Shown: piece after piece, positions 57,301 through 64,000 of the stretch
Numbering within the stretch: the stretch's first letter is position 1
How the letters are laid out: every line of letters starts with the position of its first letter
Source of the DNA: Eledone cirrhosa
Taxonomy: Eukaryota
Reading direction: 5' to 3'
Length of the DNA stretch: 64,000 nucleotides
NCBI GenBank assembly: GCA_964016885.1
Contig: OZ024741.1
Location: forward strand, 24,304,001 to 24,368,000
Position numbers and translations under genes: made by a program
Notes under the pieces: model-generated
Databases searched by the model: none
What the model was told of the DNA's origin: nothing
Seen by the model: the letters and a program-made list of their open reading frames with translations, nothing else

Positions 57301-60300
57301 TATAGTAAAAGTCTGTGCTTCAGCTGTCACGTAACCCTAATCCAGTACATATATAGTAAAAGACTGTGCTTCAGCCATAACCTAACCCTAATCCAGTACA
57401 TATATAGTAAAAGACTGTGCTTCAGCTATAACCTAACCCTAATCCAGTACATATATAGTAAAAGACTGTGCTTCAGCCATAACCTAACCCTAATCGAGTA
57501 CATATATAGTAAAAGACAGTGCTTCAGCCATGACCTAACCCTAATCCAGTACGTATATAGTAAAAGACTGTGCTTCAGCTGACTCCTAACCCTAATCCAG
57601 TACATATATAGTAAAAGACTGTGCTTCAGCTATCACCTAACCCTAATCCAGTACATATATAGTAAAAGACTCTGCTTCAGCTGTCACCTAACCCTAATCC
57701 AGTACATAAATAGTAAAAGACTGTGCTTCAGCTGTCACCTAACCTTAATCCTGTACATATGTAGTAAAAGACTGTGCTTCAGCTGTCACCTAACCCTAAT
57801 CCAGTACATATATAGTAAAGACCGTGCTTCAGCCATGACCTAACCCTAATCCAGTACATATATAGTAAAAGACTGTGCTTCAGCTGTCACCTAACCCTAA
57901 TCCAGTACATATATAGTAAAAGACTGTGCTTCAGCTATCACCTAACCCTAATCCAGTACATATATAGTAAAAGACTCTGCTTCAGCTGTCACCTAACCCT
58001 AATCCAGTACATAAATAGTAAAAGACTGTGCTTCAGCTGTCACCTAACCTTAATCCTGTACATATGTAGTAAAAGACTGTGCTTCAGCTGTCACCTAACC
58101 CTAATCCAGTACATATATAGTAAAGACCGTGCTTCAGCCATGACCTAACCCTAATCCAGTACATATATAGTAAAAGACTGTGCTTCAGCTGTCACCTAAC
58201 CCTAATCCAGTACATATATAGTAAAAGACTCTGCTTCAGCTGTCACCTAACCCTAATCCAGTACATAAATAGTAAAAGACTGTGCTTCAGCTGTCACCTA
58301 ACCTTAATCCTGTACATATGTAGTAAAAGACTGTGCTTCAGCTGTCACCTAACCCTAATCCAGTACATATATAGTAAAAGACCGTGCTTCAGCCACGATC
58401 TAACCCTAATCCAGTACATATATAGTAAAAGATCATGCCTCAGCTGTGACCTCACCTTAATCCAGTACATATATAGTAAAAAACTGTGCCTCAGCTGTGA
58501 CCTAACCCTAATCCAGTAAATATATAGTAAAAGAGCGTGCCTCAGCTGTGACCTAACCCTAATCCAGTACATATATAGTAAAAGACCGTGCTTCAGCCAT
58601 GACCTAACCCTAATCCAGTACATATATAGTAAAAGACTGTGCTTCAGCCATGACCTAACCCTAATCCAGTACATATATAGTAAAAGACTGTGCTTCAGCT
58701 GTCACCTAACCCTAATCCAGTACATATATATTAAATGACTGTGCTTCAGCCATGACCTAACCCTAATCCAGTACATATATATTAAAAGACTGTGCTTCAG
58801 CCATGACCTAACCCTAATCCAGTACATATATAGTAAAAGACTGTGCTTCAGCTGTCACCTAACCTCAATCCAGTACATATATAATAAAAGACCGTGCTTC
58901 AGCTGTCACCTAACCTTAATCCAGTACATATATAGTAAAAGACTGTGCTTCTGCTGTCACCTAACTCTAATCCAGTACATATATAGTAAAAGACCGTGCC
59001 TCAGCCATGACCTTTCCCTAATCCAGTACATATATAGTAAAAGACTGTGCTTCAGCTGTCACCTAACCTTAATCCAGTACATATATAATAAAAGACCGTG
59101 CTTCAGCTGTCACCTAACCTTAATCCAGTACATATATAGTAAAAGACTGTGCTTCTGCTGTCACCTAACTCTAATCCAGTACATATATAGTAAAAGACTG
59201 TGCTTCAGCTGTCACCTAACTCTAATCCAGTACATATATAGTAAAAGACCGTGCCTCAGCCATGACCTAACTCTAATCCAGTACATATATAGTAAAAGAC
59301 TGTGCTTCAGCTGTCACCTAACCCTAATCAAGTACATATATAGTAAAAGACCGTGCCTCAGCCATGACCTAACCCTAATCCAGTACATATATAGTAAAAG
59401 ACTGTGCTTCAGCCATGACCTAACCCTAATCCAGTACATATATAGTAAAAGACTGTGCTTCAGCCATGACCTAACTCTAATCCAGTACATATATAGTAAA
59501 AGACTGTGCTTCAGCTGTCACCTAACTCGAATCCAGTACATATATAGTAAAAAACTGTGCTTCAGCCATGACCCAACCCTAATCCCGTACATATATAGTA
59601 AAAGACTGTGCTTCAGCCATGACCTAACCCTAATCCAGTACATATATAGTAAAAGACTGTGCTTCAGCCATGACCTAACCCTAATCCAGTACATATATAG
59701 TAAAAGACTGTGCTTCAGCCATGACCTAACCCTAATCCAGTACATATATAGTAAAAGACTGTGCTTCAGCCATGACCTAACCCTAATCCAGTACATATAT
59801 AGTAAAAGAATGTGCTTCAGCTGTCACCTAACTCTAATCCAGTACATATATAGTAAAAGACTGTGCTTCAGCTGTCACCTAACTCTAATCCAGTACATAT
59901 ATAGTAAAAGACCCTGCCTCAGCCATGACCTAACTCTAATCCAGTACATATATAGTAAAAGACTGTGCTTCAGCTGTCACCTAACCCTAATCCAGTACAT
60001 ATATAGTAAAAGACCGTGCCTCAGCCATGACCTAACCCTAATCCAGTACATATATAGTAAAAGACTGTGCTTCAGCCATGACCTAACCCTAATCCAGTAC
60101 ATATATAGTAAAAGACTGTGCTTCAGCTGTCACCTAACCCTAATCCAGTACATATATAGTAAAAGACTGTGCTTCAGCCATGACCTAACACTAATCCAGT
60201 ACATATATAGTAAAAGACTGTGCTTCAGCTGTCACCTAACTCTAATCCAGTACATATATAGTAAAAGACTGTGCTTCAGCTGTCACCTAACCCTAATCCA

Positions 60301-60760
60301 GTACATATATAGTAAAAGACTGTGCTTCAGCCATGACCTAACCCTAATCCAGTACATATATAGTAAAAGACTGTGCTTCAGCTATGACCTAACCCTAATC
60401 CAGTACATATATAGTAAAAGACTGTGCTTCTGCTGTCACCTAACCCTAATCCAGTACATATATAGTAAAAGACTGTGCTTCAGCCATAACCTAACCCTAA
60501 TCCAGTACATATATAGTAAAAGACTGTGCTTCAGCCATGACCTAACCATAATCCAGTACATATATAGTAAAAGACTGTGCTTCAGCCATGACCTAACCCT
60601 AATCCAGTACATATATAGTAAAAGACTGTGCTTCAGCTATAACCTAACCCTAATCCAGTACATATATAGTAAAAGACTGTGCTTCAGCCATAACCTAACC
60701 CTAATCGAGTACATATATAGTAAAAGACAGTGCTTCAGCCATGACCTAACCCTAATCCAG
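54360..60760. repeat. Tandem duplication with a 3,161/3,466 bp offset; further partial copy at ~62.4-64.0 kb
   Basis: ORF pairs 54879/58345, 56052/59518 and 56344/59810 (+3466); actcc 54421/57582 (+3161, before an extra 305-bp internal repeat). gacctttccc occurs at ~55543/59009/63241 and atcccgtac at ~56116/59582/63865. Confidence 0.92.
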
Positions 60761-63700
60761 TACATATATAGTAAAAGACTGTGCTTCAGCCATGACCTAA
60801 CCCTAATCCAGTACATATATAGTAAAAGACTGTGCTTCAGCCATGACCTAACCCTAATCCAGTACATATATAGTAAAAGACTGTGCTTCAGCCATGACCT
60901 AACCCTAATCCAGTACATATATAGTAAAAGACTGTGCTTCAGCTGTCACCTAACCCTAATCCAGTACATATATAGTAAAAGACTGTGCTTCAGCCATGAC
61001 CTAACCCTAATCCAGTACATATATAGTAAAAGACTGTGCTTCAGCCATGACCTAACCCTAATCCAGTACATATATAGTAAAAGACTGTGCTTCAGCCATG
61101 ACCTAACGCTAATCCAGTACATATATAGTAAAAGACTGTGCTTCAGCTGTCACCTAACTCTAATCCAGTACATATATAGTAAAAGACTGTGCTTCAGCTG
61201 TCACCTAACTCTAATCCAGTACATATATAGTAAAAGACCCTGCCTCAGCCATGACCTAACTCTAATCCAGTACATATATAGTAAAAGACTGTGCTTCAGC
61301 CATGACCTAACCCTAGTCCAGTACATATATAGTAAAAGACTGTGCTTCAGCTGTCACCTAACCCTAATCCAGTACATATATAGTAAAAGACTGTGCTTCA
61401 GCTGTCACCTAACTCTAATCCAGTACATATATAGTAAAAGACTGTGCTTCAGCCATGACCTAACCATAATCCAGTACATATATAGTAAAAGACTGTGCTG
61501 CAGCCATGACCTAACCATAATCCAGTACATATATAGTAAAAGACTGTGCTTCAGCCATGACCTAACCCTAATCCAGTACATATATAGTAAAAGACTGTGC
61601 TTCAGCTGTCACCTAACTCGAATCCAGTACATATATAGTAAAAGACTGTGCTTCAGCCATGACCTAATCCTAATCCAGTACATATATAGTAAAAGACTGT
61701 GCTTCAGCCATGACCTAACCCTAATCCAGTACATATATAGTAAAAGACTGTGCTTCAGCTGTCACCTAACCCTAATCCAGTACATATATAGTAAAAGACT
61801 GTGCTTCAGCCATAACCTAACCCTAATCCAGTACATATATAGTAAAAGACTGTGCTTCAGCCATGACCTAACCATAATCCAGTACATATATAGTAAAAGA
61901 CTGTGCTTCAGCCATGACCTAACCCTAATCCAGTACATATATAGTAAAAGACTGTGCTTCAGCCATGACCTAACCCTAATCCAGTACATATATAGTAAAA
62001 GACTGTGCTTCAGCCATGACCTAACCCTAATCCAGTACATATATAGTAAAAGACTGTGCTTCAGCTGTCACCTAACCCTAATCCAGTACATATATAGTAA
62101 AAGACTGTGCTTCAGCCATTACCTAACCCTAATCCAGTACATATATAGTAAAAGACTGTGCTTCAGCTGTCACCTAACCCTAATCCAGTACATATATAGT
62201 AAAAGACTGTGCTACAGCCATGACCTAACCCTAATCCAGTACATATATAGTAAAAGACTGTGCTTCATCTGTCACCTAACCCTAATCCAGTACATATATA
62301 GTAAAAGACTGTGCTTCAGCCATGACTTAACCCTAATCCAGTACATATATAGTAAAAGACTGTGCTTCAGCTGTCACCTAACCCTAATCCTGTACATATG
62401 TAGTAAAAGACTGTGCTTCAGCTGTCACCTAACCCTAATCCAGTACATATATAGTAAAGACCGTGCTTCAGCCATGACCTAACCCTAATCCAGTACATAT
62501 ATAGTAAAAGACTGTGCTTCAGCTGTCACCTAACCCTAATCCAGTACATATATAGTAAATGACTGTGCTTCAGCTGTCACCTAACCCTAATCCAGTACAT
62601 ATATAGTAAAAGACCGTGCCTCAGCTGTGACCTAACCCTAATCCAGTACATATATAGTAAAAGAGCGTGCCTCAGCTGTGACCTAACCCTAATCCAGTAC
62701 ATATATAGTAAAAGACCGTGTTTCAGCCATGATCTAACCCTAATCCAGTACATATATAGTAAAAGATCATGCCTCAGCTGTGACCTAACCTTAATCCAGT
62801 ACATATATAGTAAAAAACTGTGCCTCAGCTGTGACCTAACCCTAATCCAGTAAATATATAGTAAAAGAGCGTGCCTCAGCTGTGACCTAACCCTAATCCA
62901 GTACATATATAGTAAAAGACCGTGCTTCAGCCATGACCTAACCCTAATCCAGTACATATATAGTAAAAGACTGTGCTTCAGCCATGACCTAACCCTAATC
63001 CAGTACATATATAGTAAAAGACTGTGCTTCAGCTGTCACCTAACCCTAATCCAGTACATATATATTAAATGACTGTGCTTCAGCCATGACCTAACCCTAA
63101 TCCAGTACATATATATTAAATGACTGTGCTTCAGCCATGACCTAACCCTAATCCAGTACATATATAGTAAAAGACTGTGCTTCAGCTGTCACCTAACTCT
63201 AATCCAGTACATATATAGTAAAAGACCGTGCCTCAGCCATGACCTTTCCCTAATCCAGTACATATATAGTAAAAGACTGTGCTTCAGCTGTCACCTAACC
63301 TTAATCCAGTACATATATAATAAAAGACCGTGCTTCAGCTGTCACCTAACCTTAATCCAGTACATATATAGTAAAAGACTGTGCTTCTGCTGTCACCTAA
63401 CTCTAATCCAGTACATATATAGAAAAAGACCGTGCCTCAGCCATGACCTAACCCTAATCCAGTACATATATAGTAAAAGTCTGTGCTTCAGCCATGACCT
63501 AACCCTAATCCAGTACATATATAGTAAAAGACTGTGCTTCAGCCATGACCTAACTCTAATCCAGTACATATATAGTAAAAGACTGTGCTTCAGCTGTCAC
63601 CTAACCCTAATCCAGTACATATATAGTAAAAGACCGTGCCTCAGCCATGACCTAACCCTAATCCAGTACATATATAGTAAAAGACTGTGCTTCAGCCATG

Positions 63701-64000
63701 ACCTAACCCTAATCCAGTACATATATAGTAAAAGACTGTGCTTCAGCCATGACCTAACTCTAATCCAGTACATATATAGTAAAAGACTGTGCTTCAGCTG
63801 TCACCTAACTCGAATCCAGTACATATATAGTAAAAAACTGTGCTTCAGCCATGACCCAACCCTAATCCCGTACATATATAGTAAAAGACTGTGCTTCAGC
63901 CATGACCTAACCCTAATCCAGTACATATATAGTAAAAGACTGTGCTTCAGCCATGACCTAACCCTAATCCAGTACATATATAGTAAAAGACTGTGCTTCA

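Larger units (their letters stand above)
1..64000. repeat. 51-bp tandem satellite array, ~1,255 head-to-tail monomers, with both ends running out of the window
   Basis: The monomer at 1-51 (gactgtgcttcagccatgacctaaccctaatccagtacatatatagtaaaa) recurs every 51 bp to position 64000, with only substitutions and rare 1-2 bp indels. No inversion or foreign insertion was seen. All ORF translations have a 17-aa period. Confidence 0.99.

Noticed and set aside
12164-62482. Plus-strand ORFs up to 890 aa as real CDS (zinc-finger-like or multiheme proteins)
   Set aside because: Starts are sporadic SNP-created ATGs and ends are amplified stop or frameshift alleles. The C/H spacing does not fit C2H2 fingers, and there is no non-repetitive N- or C-terminus. 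Kept only as a low-probability finding.
7054-63008. Minus-strand ORFs (MYWIRVRSWLKHSLLLY)n
   Set aside because: The frame is open in B/C/D monomers and closed by TGA in every type A monomer, so ORF extent only tracks runs lacking type A. There is no unique domain or gene context.
1-64000. CRISPR array
   Set aside because: There are no unique spacers: the variable part is a few SNP states within a fully repeated 51-mer. No leader or cas genes are present.
1-64000. Canonical telomere or G-quadruplex-forming tract
   Set aside because: There are fewer than two full TTAGGG units per 51 bp, and only one GGG run per monomer separated by ~48 nt, too sparse for a canonical G4.
1-64000. Fixed higher-order repeat like primate alpha satellite, or a centromere assignment
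   Set aside because: Observed periods (8, 20, 21, 31, 33, 48, 50, 68, 85 monomers) differ locally and repeat only 2-3 times. Nothing in the sequence indicates centromere function.
1-64000. Mobile element, inversion or tRNA/rRNA-derived unit within the array
   Set aside because: No interruption, terminal repeat, strand switch or recognisable structural RNA motif was seen. An origin inside a transposon cannot be judged without the array flanks.

Overview
The whole 64 kb is one uninterrupted head-to-tail tandem array (satellite or large minisatellite) of a 51-bp monomer, about 1,255 copies, all in one orientation. Consensus: GACTGTGCTTCAGC[TGTC/CATG]ACCTAACCCTAATCCAGTACATATATAGTAAAA (~39% GC). 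I see no unique sequence, transposon, RNA gene or credible protein gene. Every ORF in the track arises because 51 bp is 17 codons with a stop-free frame. Points of interest: (i) most monomers carry one exact telomeric decamer (TTAGGGTTAG on the minus strand); (ii) two major monomer types (A and B) are interspersed like a binary code, and their TG/CA difference can be explained by opposite-strand decay of one ancestral CpG; (iii) nested block duplications of about 8 to 360 monomers, with no fixed higher-order repeat; (iv) three independent closely linked +1/-1 indel pairs that restore the 51-bp phase; (v) a recurring landmark cassette with a 5-substitution monomer that lacks the telomere motif; (vi) the type A monomer translates to a CxxCH motif, probably an annotation trap. 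A eukaryotic, possibly subtelomeric, origin is inferred, but the organism cannot be identified from this window. Block boundaries were read by eye and are approximate.
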